A stretch of 64,000 bases of DNA from a virus (IMGVR_UViG_3300020045_002296:1-64000); one strand, 5' to 3'; positions 47,036 to 58,518 are shown, counted from the first letter of the stretch. Numbers and translations: made by a program. The notes: generated from the letters alone by a model not told the origin.

Positions 47036-47631
47036 ATGCCTACATATATATCAAAGAGTTGCCAAGTAAAGAAGAACTAGAGAAGGACTTCTACACACAT
47101 TGTGGATTTATATATTGGAAGGACAAGGTAATCTCTCGTGGACGTAGAAGCGTCAGAGCCGGAAAGAAAATTACAACCTACGTCGACGAGAGTAACTATC
47201 TAAGGGTTGCAATAAAAGGGACAACTTATGCTCTTAGTAGAATTGTCTATCAAATGGTTCATGGTGATTTAACACCTGAATTTGAGATTGACCATATAGA
47301 CAGGGATATTTTAAACAACCTGCCAAGCAACCTACGTAAAGTAAGTCAAGCAGTTAATAAGCGAAACAAGCCAAGCCAGAAAAACAATTCCACAGATTTC
47401 ACCGGTGTTTGTCTAAATAAGAAGTTTCACCCTAAGCCTTATGAGCATAAATTTACTGAGTATTATGTTGCCCGGTGGTACGACAATGATGGCATTCTTC
47501 ATGGAAAGAACTTCAACATTCCTAAACTTGGAAAAGAGCAAGCATTTAAATTAGCCTGTGAATACCGTCTGGAAAAGATTAAAGAACTTAACGAGGCTGG
47601 CGCAGGCTACACACTAGACCACGGAGCATAA
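47036..47631 (+). pseudogene. HNH endonuclease (YTERHG family), apparent 1-nt deletion near 47053
   Basis: GGAGG+ATG at 47036 is out of frame with the body (TTG 47059) unless one A is added; IDHIDRDILNN; GAGYTLDHGA. Confidence 0.75.
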
Positions 47632-47638
47632 GAGAGTA

Positions 47639-47669
47639 ACCCACAGGCTAACCACTTGTGGGTTTTCTT
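47639..47669 (+). terminator. intrinsic terminator
   Basis: aacccacag...ttgtgggtt then ttctt. Confidence 0.6.
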
Positions 47670-47718
47670 GTTTATATGCTATAATTTGTGCATCCACAAC
47701 AGCAAACCGAAAGCTCTT

Positions 47719-48081
47719 ATGACACGTATCAACTTGGTTCATCCTTCAGAACTCTCAACGAAGCATCTTGTGAGCGAGTACCGCGAGATAGTCCGTGTGT
47801 TCGCTCTCGCCAGAGCAGCCCAACACTCGATGCACCACGTAAAACAACCTGAAGTTTATACCCTCGGGACAGGTCATGTAAAATTCTTCTACAATCGCTT
47901 GCAGTTCATCTCAGATCGTTACGACAGTTTATGCGCTGAAATGCTCGCCCGTAACTTCAAGTGCAACCGTGTACCAAAAGAGGATTTACACCAAGGTATT
48001 GAACGGAATATGTTCTTTAATTATTTACCAACAGAAGAAGCTCTGAGGATTAACCGTGAGCGTATCTTAGAGCGGAGCTAA
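47719..48081 (+). CDS. denV: pyrimidine dimer DNA glycosylase (T4 endonuclease V-like)
   Basis: MTRINLV...L...HL..EYREI.RVF; YTLGTGHVKFFY. Confidence 0.93.
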   Translation: MTRINLVHPSELSTKHLVSEYREIVRVFALARAAQHSMHHVKQPEVYTLGTGHVKFFYNRLQFISDRYDSLCAEMLARNFKCNRVPKEDLHQGIERNMFFNYLPTEEALRINRERILERS

Positions 48082-48110
48082 GTGCTGTTAAGTGTTATAC
48101 TAATTAACTA

Positions 48111-48693
48111 ATGAAAGGAAATATGAAGAAGAAAGACTATAACAGGACAGACTGGAGTATTTATTTTAAGCTGGATTCTGAAAGCCCTAGCGGGCTAAGT
48201 AGAATAAAAGAACACTGGGGCCATAAAGTAGGTGCTGTTGTTGGTAGCAAACTATACAATACAAATAAATGCCCGCACGGTTGGGAAGTAAGTCTACACA
48301 GCGTCCCTTACTATGTCCACAGAATTATATGGGTAATGACCTATGGACATATTGAGTCCAATCAGGTTATCGACCATCTTGATGGGAATCCTTTTAATAC
48401 CACTATAAGCAACTTAGCACTGAAAACGCAACAAGAGAATAACCAGAATAGGCTGAAGCAAAGTAATAACACATCTGGATTTACAGGTATCAGTAAGTTC
48501 GATAGTGGGAGTGGTCACATGTACTATAGAGCTAGATGGCACGATTGCAGAGGTAATGCGAAATCAAAAGCGTTTCCGATTAAATTTTTTGGAGAAGAAG
48601 TTGCAAAAAAGAATGGCTATCGAGTACAGGAAAGAACAGCTTATAGCATCTAATCTTGAAGGAGCTATCTACACAGATAGGCACGGACTCTAG
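48111..48693 (+). pseudogene. HNH endonuclease (YTERHG family), frameshift in A6 run 48605-48610
   Basis: VHRIIWVMTYG..VIDHLDGNPFN; C-terminus GAIYTDRHGL in another frame. Confidence 0.8.
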
Positions 48694-48732
48694 TGTATAC
48701 TAGAGTAATATTTCATACTGACTAAGGAAAAA

Positions 48733-51700
48733 ATGCGTTGCGTAATAGACATTGAATCAAGTAATCTGCTTAACAATGAAAGCATTGATTACACAGCTTC
48801 ACCATACAAACTAAAAGATGATTACCGTATTTGGCTGATTGTAGCTAAGGATATTGACACAGGAGAGATTCACGTATTCCGTGAGAATGAGATTTGTAGT
48901 ACTTTTATTGATTTCTATAAAGGGCTCTCTGTTTGTATTGGTCATAATCTGATTAACTTCGACATGCTTGCTATCAAGCTGTACACAGGAATCAACTATT
49001 CTGTAGAACCTGATAGTATCAATGGTAAAGCTTGTGAAATCATTGATACTCTAGTGATCTCTAAAACACTTAATCCAGACCGCTTAGGAGGTCACAGCTT
49101 GGACGCTTGGGGTAAGCGCCTAGGAGATAACAAAGGTTCTTATTCGGATTGGTCGAAGTACACTCCAGAAATGGAAGAATACTGTATCCAAGACGTGAAC
49201 TTAACACATAAAGTATATCTTGAACTCTTGAAAGAAAAAGGTACATGGCCTTGGGATGAAGCTATTACACTTGAGAAGCAAGTAGCTGAGATTATTACTC
49301 GACAAGAACACCGTGGGTTTAACTTTGATAGTACCTTAGCTGTTGAATGTGTTAAAGACTTAGATGAAAAGCTACAAGCAATCAAAGAAGAAGTTGAACC
49401 AGTCCTACCGCCTAAGCCTTTAGCTAAGACAGCAGCAAAGCTCTTTACACCCCCGGCAACACAGTTCCTAAAGAGCGGATTACCAAGCACACACCTGAAG
49501 AACTTTGTCGAGAAGCACTTAGGTACTTTTTCAGGAGAGCGTGAAGTTACAATCTTCGGTAAAGTACACCAACTGCCGTTGCCACAGGAATCCTTAGTAA
49601 CTCACGAGCCTTCTACACTGAAGGATACTACTCACATTAAAGAGTGGCTAGTGCGTGAGTTCAATTGGTCGCCTATCCAATATAAAGAGCGTGACCTAAC
49701 AGTTAACTCTAAGAAGCAGAAGCTTGACAAAGTAGGCTTTGAAAAAGCTGTACATAAGTACGTAGAGCAAACACTCGCATCAGCTTTCTGTAAAGATCGC
49801 TTAGAGCACATTGGATGCTCACGTAGTCAGTTGCTGTCTAAGTTGTTGTCTAAAGATATTTCGCGCCCCTGTAAGGTGTTGACTAACCCTACGTTCACAA
49901 TTGGACAAGACAAAGAGATTTGCCCTAATCTTGTAAAACTTGAAGTTGAGTTCCCTCATACTCGTAAGCTTATTGAGTTCTTGACTTACAGCCACAGACG
50001 CAACAGTATTCTTGGAGGTGGGTTTGATCCTGATGAAGACGAAGAAGCAGAGAAAGGCTTTCTAGCTAACGTAAGAGCTGACGGTAGAATCCCAACACCA
50101 GCCGATACATGCGGAGCAGGAACGTCTAGGTTCAAACACAGAATCTGCGCTAACATTCCTAGGGCAACTTCGTTGTATGGCGATAAGATGCGGAGCTTAT
50201 TCGGAAGTGATTCAGAATGCTACCAGATTGGATATGACTTTGATTCTCTTGAGGCTAAAATTGAGTCCCACTATTGCTTCAAGTACAAAGGTGGCCCTGA
50301 ATATGGTGTGAGTTTAACAGCAGAGAAGCCGAACGATTGCCATACTGTGCTTGCTGGATATATCTCTGAACTGATTAACAAGAAGTTTCCACGAGGTACA
50401 GCTAAATCCGTTAAGTATGGTTGCTTTCCAACTGATATTACGCAAGTACTTACGCCTAACGGATGGAAGAACTTTGACGAGCTTTCTGTTGGTAGTGAAG
50501 TATTTAGTATGGACACTAACACTAACATTGTCGGTATAGACACAGTTTCTCAAACTTGGTTCTATACTGAGGCAGATGTAAGTACATTTGGAAATTCTCG
50601 CTGGAACATGGAATGCACAGAGGATCACCGTTGGTTTGGACGTACAAAGTTTATGAACGTGTCAGACGGAGACAGTAAGTTCTATACTGCTAATAGCTTT
50701 CAGACTAACTACTCTGTGCAAACGGCTGGAGAGTACGCAGGTGGAGATAGTAAAGTATCTGCTGATGAGGCTGCTTTGGTTGCTTGGCTTTTAAGTGACG
50801 GACACTACAAGTGGTCTAAGAAATCAAATCGAAAAGTACAAGGTATTTTTGGTAGTATTGCACAAGCTTCTCATAAGTTCCAGAAGGAAGTGAAAGAAGT
50901 TCTGTTAGCAAACAGTATGTCATGGGAAGAAACTAACTTAGGAAGTGCTAATGAAAACGTAAATATCAGTTACAGGCTGAAGGCAACAGAGCTTCGAGCG
51001 TTTATTGATAAGGTCGTTGGAAGTCGAGAAGATAAGCACTCAGTGGACTGGGTATCTTGGGTACTAAAACTCTCTGTCCCGGCTATGAAAGCTTTTCTGC
51101 ATCATTTCTGGCTGGCAGATGGTTCAACCACAGTCGATAGTGCTACAGTTATTAAACAGAACCGGGGGAATATTGCAGAAGCTGTTATGGTTGTAGGTAA
51201 TATGCTAGGATACAAAGTAACACAGGCAGGCGGGAAATGTAGTACGATTAATTTACAGAAGGACTGTCATGTAGGTTTACAAACAGCAAAGCTAACACAT
51301 AAGCGAACAACAGATGTAGCATGTATCACAACAGGTAAAGGCACATTCATTGTTAAACAAGCAGGAAGGATTTCAGTTACAGGGAACTGCAGTTATAATG
51401 CACAAGCAGCACGAGTTGCTAAGATTGTTGGGTGTGATCTGCACACTGCGCAGATTATCTTTGATGCTTTTTGGGTGCAGGCTTCTCCACTGAAAGAGCT
51501 TAAAGAGAACATGCAAAAGTACTGGGAGACAACAGGGCAGAAGAAGTTCTTACTTGGCTTAGATGGACGTAAGCTACCTATCCGCAGCAAAGGAAACGTA
51601 ATTAATACAGCTTTTCAAAGTGCTGGTGTTATCTGTGCTAAGAAAGCTATGGTAATCCATGACCGTAAACTGAAAGAACATGGGTTTATTGTTGATCTCT

Positions 51701-52277
51701 TTTCAGAAGACTACAAACAAAAGACATTCGCACAACAAATGATCGCGTACCATAAATAATTGTGGCCTACTGTAGAGATACAGTTTGAATAACTCCTTTA
51801 ATTGCTGGAAAGCTAAAGGCTTAAGCCTATGCCAATCAGCAGCCAAGACCTATTAAGGTAAGGTTCAGAGACTATCGAAAGCGTAATAAGCGAGTAGAGT
51901 AGGTAGCAAGTGCTATCGAAATGGGGAGACTCCAGAAATGGAGTATGATATAGTCCGATCTGAATAGAAATGTTCAGCAGCGAAAGCGGCACTACTTAAC
52001 GAGTAAGTGTGAACTACTGGATGAAGCGCAAATTGAAGTGACAAAAGATTTAGTTAAATTCAAGATGTTTAAAACAGAACAAGAAGGGAAGGATTTCAGG
52101 TGTGAAAACCCGGCGTGGGGTGAACTAGGACATACAGACAAGGGCTGGTACTGTGCATACTCTCTTGTAGGTGTTCTTGCTACTGAAGCTGTGAAAGAAG
52201 CTGGAGAGTATTACAAGCTAAATGTAGAACTTACAGCAGGGTATATCATAAATCGCAACTGGTTTGGGTGTCACTAA
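48733..52277 (+). CDS. family A DNA polymerase, join(48733..51753,52020..52277), contains an intein
   Basis: 3'-5' exo VIDIES, GHNLINFD; motif A YDFDSLE; motif B AKSVKYG|CSY; splicing restores motif C YH|DEAQ. Confidence 0.94.
50422..51387 (+). mobile_element. intein (322 aa) with LAGLIDADG domain
   Basis: starts CFPTDITQVLTPNGW, ends VTGN followed by Cys; AWLLSDG and HFWLADG motifs. Confidence 0.93.
51754..52019 (+). mobile_element. group I intron (266 nt, no ORF) in polymerase motif C
   Basis: P aattgctggaaa, Q aatcagcag, R gttcagagacta, S gatatagtcc; exon ends U, intron ends G; P1 ccat/gtgg. Confidence 0.95.
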
Positions 52278-52291
52278 TTTCTCGTCTGGTA

Positions 52292-52320
52292 TTGACTATT
52301 GAATCTTCGTCTGGTATAAT
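52292..52320 (+). promoter_or_regulatory. near-consensus sigma70 promoter for HNH gene
   Basis: TTGACT-17-TATAAT. Confidence 0.8.
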
Positions 52321-52344
52321 CCTCCTTTTAACATAAGGAGATTT

Positions 52345-52893
52345 ATGCAGATTGAATGGAAAGACGTTTATTACGAAGGAGTTAAACTAGACAAGCAAGT
52401 ATCGAACACAGGTAGAATGAGGAAAGCAGACGGAACTGAAATGACTGTATCTGACAACGGAGCCGGATATATGTCTTTCAGTTTCCACTCTATTAAGAAG
52501 AACGGAAAGTGGATGCAGATTCGTAAGTACGCTCACCGTCTTGTAGCAGAGTATTTCATCCCTAATCCAGATAATTTACCACAGGTGAACCATAAGGACT
52601 TTGACAAAAGTAATAACTCAGTTGATAATCTAGAGTGGTCATCTCGTTCTGAAAATATCAACCACTCTCATGCTGGAGGAAGAATGCAGAAACGATATGA
52701 AGTTGGTGCTGTTGTTAAACTTACAGTCGATGAAGTAAAAGAGTGTTATACTCGTATTAAGAAAGGTGAAGGAGTTGCTGTAGTTGCAAGAAGCATGAAT
52801 AAAGGTCGAACAACAATCAGCAGCATTCTTAATAAGAGAAGTCGTAGAGACATTACGGATTTGATTGATAAAGAATTATCTATGCTACAATAA
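52345..52893 (+). CDS. NUMOD4-type HNH homing endonuclease
   Basis: VSNTGR...AHRLVAEYFIPNPDNLPQVNHKD..KSNN.V.NLEW. Confidence 0.9.
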   Translation: MQIEWKDVYYEGVKLDKQVSNTGRMRKADGTEMTVSDNGAGYMSFSFHSIKKNGKWMQIRKYAHRLVAEYFIPNPDNLPQVNHKDFDKSNNSVDNLEWSSRSENINHSHAGGRMQKRYEVGAVVKLTVDEVKECYTRIKKGEGVAVVARSMNKGRTTISSILNKRSRRDITDLIDKELSMLQ

Positions 52894-52947
52894 CTTAAAG
52901 TAAGATCATCTTGGTCTTGCGCTAAACTTAACTAAAGGAACCTAAAA

Positions 52948-53309
52948 TGCTAATTAACTTTCTCACTGTAGTCTCATGGATTTACTCCGCATGGATCATC
53001 CTACGATTTACCATCACAGAGTACGATGTACATCAATTCAAGAAGAAACACCCGATGATTCCATGTTCAAACGGTATGAAACCTTAGGAGTACATCTGTG
53101 CTTTCTTGAGTATTACCTTCCTTATCACTAAGTACTTCTTCTGATGTCTTGGGGAGCTTTACCTTTCTGGATTTACTCAGTTGATTATGAGAAGTACTTA
53201 TCTGAGTGTACTTGCTGCTTTAACGATGAATGGAGAAGTGGATATTCCAATGTTATGCCAGTGTACGTACAGGAGAGTATTCAACGTAGGAAATTACAGG
53301 AGACTTAGA
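52948..53309 (+). pseudogene. possible decayed membrane-protein gene
   Basis: SD+ATG; hydrophobic coding-like segments split over frames with stops. Confidence 0.3.
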
Positions 53310-53496
53310 TGAAATAAATTAAAGAAGTGAAAAAATAATTCAGAACTGCTGTAAAACTGATGTATAATCTACATAAGAGCTAGTAATCTCTTTAAAGGTA
53401 CTAAATTGGAATCACTAGGTAATTACGCCTATGGTTAATCTCTAAATGAAATGGAGGGGTACTTTGTACTCCGATAATTGATAAAGGAAACTTAAA

Positions 53497-54120
53497 ATGA
53501 CTCAACCTATTAAACAACTAGACGGTATGTTTGTATTCTGCCAAATTCAACAACCAGTTGATTGCTACGAAAAAGCCCGTGGAAAAGAATGGAAATGCGG
53601 AATTGTAGTTGATGAGGATCAAGCTGATGCATGGGATGCTGTGTATCCAAAGCAAGGTGCTAAGATTGTTAAGACGAGTGAATTCGAGGGTATTTACAAA
53701 GTAGCCCCACCAGATGCTTTCTCTAGTGAGAAGAAGCAATATGTAATTACCCTCAAGAAGAATACCAAGCTTGGTAATGGTAATGATGTTCCTGATATTT
53801 ACCAACCAAAGGTACTACAGAAAGGTGCTAAAGGACTAGATGATCTTACTGACAGCGTTCTAGTAGGTAATGGCTCTTTGGGTTCTATGAGCGTAGATAA
53901 CTGGGAATCTTCTAAAGGTTGGGTTGCTCGCTTGAAGAATATTCTTGTGGTTGATCTTGTTGAGTACAAGAAAGCTGAAGGTTCTAACTATACTTCTGGT
54001 GATGAATTCGGACAAACGGTAAAAGCTGAAACTACTTCGAGTAAAGCACCAGTAAAAGCCGTGGTTAAACCGAAGCGTGTAGTTGCAGAGGATGACGACT
54101 CAGATTTGCCTCCGTTTTAA
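53497..54120 (+). CDS. ssDNA-binding protein (T7 gp2.5-like)
   Basis: VGNGSLG...ARLKNILVVDLVEY; acidic tail DDDSDLPPF. Confidence 0.75.
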   Translation: MTQPIKQLDGMFVFCQIQQPVDCYEKARGKEWKCGIVVDEDQADAWDAVYPKQGAKIVKTSEFEGIYKVAPPDAFSSEKKQYVITLKKNTKLGNGNDVPDIYQPKVLQKGAKGLDDLTDSVLVGNGSLGSMSVDNWESSKGWVARLKNILVVDLVEYKKAEGSNYTSGDEFGQTVKAETTSSKAPVKAVVKPKRVVAEDDDSDLPPF

Positions 54121-54266
54121 TATAAAGTAACTCTCTGAGGTTAACAAACGCATTAGGACAGCCTCAGAGAGCTTGTAGCTGTACAGGTGGTGTACTCACT
54201 AGGTAGTACTGGTATATCGCCTTGTAGAGCTTTGTAGTGATAAATAGGTATAACAGAAAGAGTAAA

Positions 54267-54437
54267 ATGCAAGAAGAAACAATCACAATTACAAAAGCTG
54301 AGTATGAATCACTCATTAAGTCTGTACTCTGGTTAGACGCCCTAGAAGCTGCTGGTGTAGATAACTGGTGCGGTTACGATGAAGCGCACGTTATTCATCG
54401 ACAATTGAAAGCTGAATACGCTTTGCAAGTTAAATAA
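54267..54437 (+). CDS. hypothetical protein
   Basis: LDALEAAGVDNWCGY. Confidence 0.6.
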   Translation: MQEETITITKAEYESLIKSVLWLDALEAAGVDNWCGYDEAHVIHRQLKAEYALQVK

Positions 54438-54445
54438 GGAAATAT

Positions 54446-54688
54446 ATGAAACGTAAAGTAATCCCTTTTAGCAATCTCCAAGTTAAACCTCCTTTGCTTG
54501 GTCTAGGTGTAATCTACATGGCTATGGACTTGTATAAAGCTCCTGCTTGGTCGTGGGGTGTATATGCTACACTTGGGTTTATCTTTGTTTGTAATTGGTT
54601 ATACCGGGCGTTTACAGATGAACAGGTAGACGTACAAGGCTACAGTGATCCTAAGCAGAACATTGTGAATATTCAAGTTGGTAAGTAA
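54446..54688 (+). CDS. small membrane protein
   Basis: APAWSWGVYATLGFI. Confidence 0.55.
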   Translation: MKRKVIPFSNLQVKPPLLGLGVIYMAMDLYKAPAWSWGVYATLGFIFVCNWLYRAFTDEQVDVQGYSDPKQNIVNIQVGK

Positions 54689-54722
54689 GATTAATCAGAT
54701 TAAATAATTAAAGGAACCTAAA

Positions 54723-54967
54723 ATGACACAAGAACAAACACAAGTAATGACCGCAAAAGAACTCTTTAAGAAACTTGTTGATATTCATACCGAGATTAAC
54801 TCCTTCAAGGATTTGATTAAATCAATTAAGGATGATCTCAAGGAAAATAACTCAGAACTAGACTTTGGAAAATCAACCAAGTTGCTGTAAAATCCGCAGC
54901 TTTTAAGACTGAGCAAGCTAAAGCAGATGCAGCAGCTTTCATTGAGATGATTGAAGAACTGACGTAA
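54723..54967 (+). pseudogene. DsbA/GapR-like DNA-binding protein, frameshift near 54870
   Basis: KELFKKLVDIHTEI...IKSIKDDLK...; adding one A gives KINQVAVKSAAFK...IEELT. Confidence 0.6.
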
Positions 54968-54989
54968 GCCTAAAGAAGTAAATTAACAC

Positions 54990-55024
54990 AACGCCTTGAT
55001 CCTAAAAGGTCTTGGCGTTTTCTT
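54990..55024 (+). terminator. intrinsic terminator
   Basis: aacgcc...ggcgtt then ttctt. Confidence 0.55.
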
Positions 55025-55036
55025 ATTGGAGTATGT

Positions 55037-55228
55037 ATGAAGAAAGTAAAGAAAACTTCCACACAGCGATGTAGCTATTGTAAAGAACGGGCAGAATTTA
55101 AGACAACAAGTATTACATTCTTGAAATATGCTTGTGAATCCCATAAAGGTTCTATAGAGGCTCTAGATAAGGAAGATAACTACATGACAGAAGGCGATTA
55201 TCAATCGTGGGGACGGAAGTATGGATAA
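55037..55228 (+). CDS. small Cys-containing protein
   Basis: CSYC...CESH. Confidence 0.55.
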   Translation: MKKVKKTSTQRCSYCKERAEFKTTSITFLKYACESHKGSIEALDKEDNYMTEGDYQSWGRKYG

Positions 55229-56216
55229 AAGTAAAATGGAAGTAGTCTGGGACTATGACTACATGAAATATTCAATCGGAGCTGTATGTGAAACTCGGAC
55301 TATTAAGGTGACACATCCAGAAGGTCTTGAGAAGGAATTCAGTACACGTACAGAGTTCTGGGGACACTATCTCAAGAAAGAAAACGGATGGCTCAAGGAG
55401 TACAATTCAAAGCGTAAGATTAAGCTGTTACCAGAGGAATTCACCGTAGAAGATATTCAAATACCAATGAGTGTTCGTATCTGTAAAGAACGTGTAGACG
55501 AACATATTGGGCGTGTCCTCAATACTCTAGGTAAATCAAGGTACTACGGCTATGTAGGTAAGGGTGATTCTTGGCGGGTACAAGCCAGTACAATCTTGAA
55601 GTACAAAGGGAACAGATCAGAGATGATTCGTCCGTTACATCTAGGTACTATCGGGGACTATCTTGTAGAAGCTCACGGAGCTGAATACGTTACTCACTTG
55701 GAGGTGGACGATGTAGTTGTAGCAGACTGTTACGCTAACCCTGAACTTATCCTAGTCGGAATTGATAAGGATTATTTAGGTTGTGCTTTAACTTTATTCA
55801 ATCCTGATAAAATGGGTGAACCAGAGAAGATTAACGGCTTCGGTAAGTTGTACATCGGTAGCGACAAAAAGATCAGAGGTGAAGGGCGTGTGTTCTTGTA
55901 CCATCAAGTTCTCAGTGGTGATTCCAGTGATGGTTACAAAGCTAACTGTGCTAGTGATGTGAAGTGGTCTGACAAGAGCTCATACGCTGTACTTAGTAAG
56001 TGCTCTACAGATAAGCAAGCCTTACAGGCTATGGTAGAAGCCTTCAAGAAGCTCTACCCAGAGCCTGAGACTGTCACTGGATGGCGAGGTGATTCAATTA
56101 AGATTGATTGGTTCTATGTTATGCAGGAATGTTTTACGATGGCTCATATGCTTAGATTTGACGGAGATAAGTTCTGCTTAAAGACAGTCTTGGATAAACT
56201 AAAGATTAATTACTGA
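55221..56216 (+). CDS. 5'-3' exonuclease (T7 gp6/FEN-like)
   Basis: WDYDY, LEVDDVV, IDKDY, LSGDSSDGY. Confidence 0.85.
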   Translation: MDKSKMEVVWDYDYMKYSIGAVCETRTIKVTHPEGLEKEFSTRTEFWGHYLKKENGWLKEYNSKRKIKLLPEEFTVEDIQIPMSVRICKERVDEHIGRVLNTLGKSRYYGYVGKGDSWRVQASTILKYKGNRSEMIRPLHLGTIGDYLVEAHGAEYVTHLEVDDVVVADCYANPELILVGIDKDYLGCALTLFNPDKMGEPEKINGFGKLYIGSDKKIRGEGRVFLYHQVLSGDSSDGYKANCASDVKWSDKSSYAVLSKCSTDKQALQAMVEAFKKLYPEPETVTGWRGDSIKIDWFYVMQECFTMAHMLRFDGDKFCLKTVLDKLKINY

Positions 56217-56226
56217 AAGGACAACA

Positions 56227-56784
56227 GTGAAAAAGAAACAAACCAAAGCTAAACCAACAGAACCTTCCTCGATTCATCTCTGGACTACTTCTGATGTAAC
56301 GCACTGGCGTGAGAAGCTCTTGAAAGAACAAAATGGATTAGACCCTATCACTAAAGAGAAGATCACATCAAGAGCTTGCTTAGATCATGACCATGCTAAG
56401 ACTGGCGATAACGCTCAGAGAGTACGTGGTGTGTTAAGTTCACCCGTAAATATTTTCGAGGGCAAGGTAAAAGCTGTTTATCATCACTATCTTAAATATG
56501 CTACCGAACAACCGTTGAATGTGATCCTGCGTAACCTTGCGGCTTACTACGAGCGTGATAACTCACACTTACCATTGCATACATCTTGGGTTAAAACTGT
56601 GCAAGCTAGTTTTAGTTCACTACCAGAGCCTAAGAAAGCTCTTGTGCTGAAAGAGCTTGGTAAAGAGAATGGCGGAAATGCTCTAGCTAGAAAGAAAATC
56701 TTCTTGGACTGTGTGAAATCGAAGAAGCTAAGTTATACTCAGTTGATGGAGTTAATCCTAAAACATAAACCTAATAAAGAATAA
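56227..56784 (+). CDS. recombination endonuclease VII-like
   Basis: DPITKE...CLDHDH...VRGVL...N..EGK. Confidence 0.8.
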   Translation: MKKKQTKAKPTEPSSIHLWTTSDVTHWREKLLKEQNGLDPITKEKITSRACLDHDHAKTGDNAQRVRGVLSSPVNIFEGKVKAVYHHYLKYATEQPLNVILRNLAAYYERDNSHLPLHTSWVKTVQASFSSLPEPKKALVLKELGKENGGNALARKKIFLDCVKSKKLSYTQLMELILKHKPNKE

Positions 56785-57374
56785 ATGAAAGCAAAAGATT
56801 ATAATTTGATACAGTGGGAAGAACATTTCTATATTGATGAGACAAGTCCTTCTGGACTAAGGTGGGCTAGAAATGTTATGTTTGGGAATAATAACAGTAG
56901 TTTCAGGTGTAAAACAGGTGATCCTGTTGGAAGTCTTAACTATAATGCTGACAACAAACCTGTTTTCTGGAGGACAGGTTTGAAGGGTAGCTCATATTAC
57001 ATCCACAGAATAATCTGGTGTATGCACTATGGTCACATACACAATGCTTCTGTAGTTGATCATATTAATGGCGACCCTTCTGACAATTCTTTAAAGAATC
57101 TAAGAGTAGTGTCTCAGAAACTGAATACACATAATCAGTCTTTGAGAAGTTCAAACACATCTGGCACGACTGGAGTAAGCCGATGTAGAGACAAATATTA
57201 CACGGCTACATGGATGAATACTGATGGCACACAGGGGGGTCAAAATCTTTTGCAATTGAAAAATACGGTGAAGAAGATGCATTTAAATTTGCATGTGAGT
57301 TTCGTATCAGACAACTTGAAGTCCTAAATAATAAAGGAGCTAATTATACAGAAAGGCATGGCTTACTATCATAA
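56785..57374 (+). pseudogene. HNH endonuclease (YTERHG family), frameshift in G6 run 57234-57239
   Basis: IHRIIWCMHYG..VVDHINGDPSDN; GANYTERHGLLS in another frame. Confidence 0.8.
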
Positions 57375-57433
57375 CTATATTATCTCCAATACTAAGTATC
57401 TATTAATAAACTGAACTACAAAGGAACTAACGA

Positions 57434-58518
57434 ATGACAACACCACTTTCACTCCAGCAAGATATTATCCACCTCAAGAACAGAGGGTACTCCAGCCGTT
57501 TTCTAGCTGAGAAATTCCTTGGTTCATCCAAGAAGAAATCCACAGTAAACGATATTGTTTCTCGGTATAACAAAGAGCATGGAAATGCTTATGACCAGCA
57601 GGAGAGCAACCAGCTGAGGGCTTACTGTATAGAGGACTTGGGTTATTATAAACGTACTCCTGAGAAAAAAGTCGACCCTAATTCTTGGCGAGAGCTTGAG
57701 AATGCTTACTACGAGAAGAAAACTTACGCTAAGACGAAGGTAACTAAAGAAGGTTCACTGAAGATTATGTTCATCCCAGATTCACAAGTACGACCCGGTG
57801 AATCCACAGAGTATCTTGCAGCTATTGGGCAGTACATCGTTGATAAGAAACCGGATGTAGTAGTCTGTGCGGGAGACTTCTGGGACTTTCCATCACTAAG
57901 TTCTTATGATAAAGGTAAGACAGCATTTGAGGGTCGTCGTCTAATGGATGATATTAACGCCGGTAAAATCGGTATGAAGATTTTGCTTAAACCACTGAAG
58001 GACTACCAAGCAAAAAATTCTGACTATAAACCACGTATGGTGTTTACGGAGGGTAATCACGAAGGGCGTTTGAAGCGTATTCCAGAGAGTTCTTCAGAGT
58101 ATGAGGGTTTTATTGGTATGCACTTGCTTGAGCTGGAAAAGACTGGGAAGTGGTTCCGTTCCTTAAACCAATCGAGATTCAAGGTATTTCATTTGTTCAT
58201 TACTTGACACACCCCATGAATGGTAAACCTCTGGGTGGTAATGCTTTGTCTCAGCTTAAAGCAAGTGGAAGCTCATTTGTGGTGGGTCATAAGCAAACGC
58301 TTGATGTAGCTATGATGCCTGTTCTTGACGGTAGCATGCGTATCGGGATTATTGCTGGAGCTAGTTATCCTTTTGATGAAAGCTATAAAGGGTCACAAAC
58401 GGGTAATCTTCACTTTCGTGGAATTATTCTCTTACACGAGGCTAAGGAGGGCTACGCTGATCCTAGTTTTATCTCCACTGAATTCTTGATTAACCGTTTG
58501 AAAGGAAGAAATGCGTAA
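57434..58518 (+). pseudogene. metallophosphoesterase, frameshift near 58138
   Basis: IPDSQV, AGDFWD, EGNHE, FVHY, VGHKQ; two ORFs join if one A is added (EKDWEVVPF). Confidence 0.8.
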
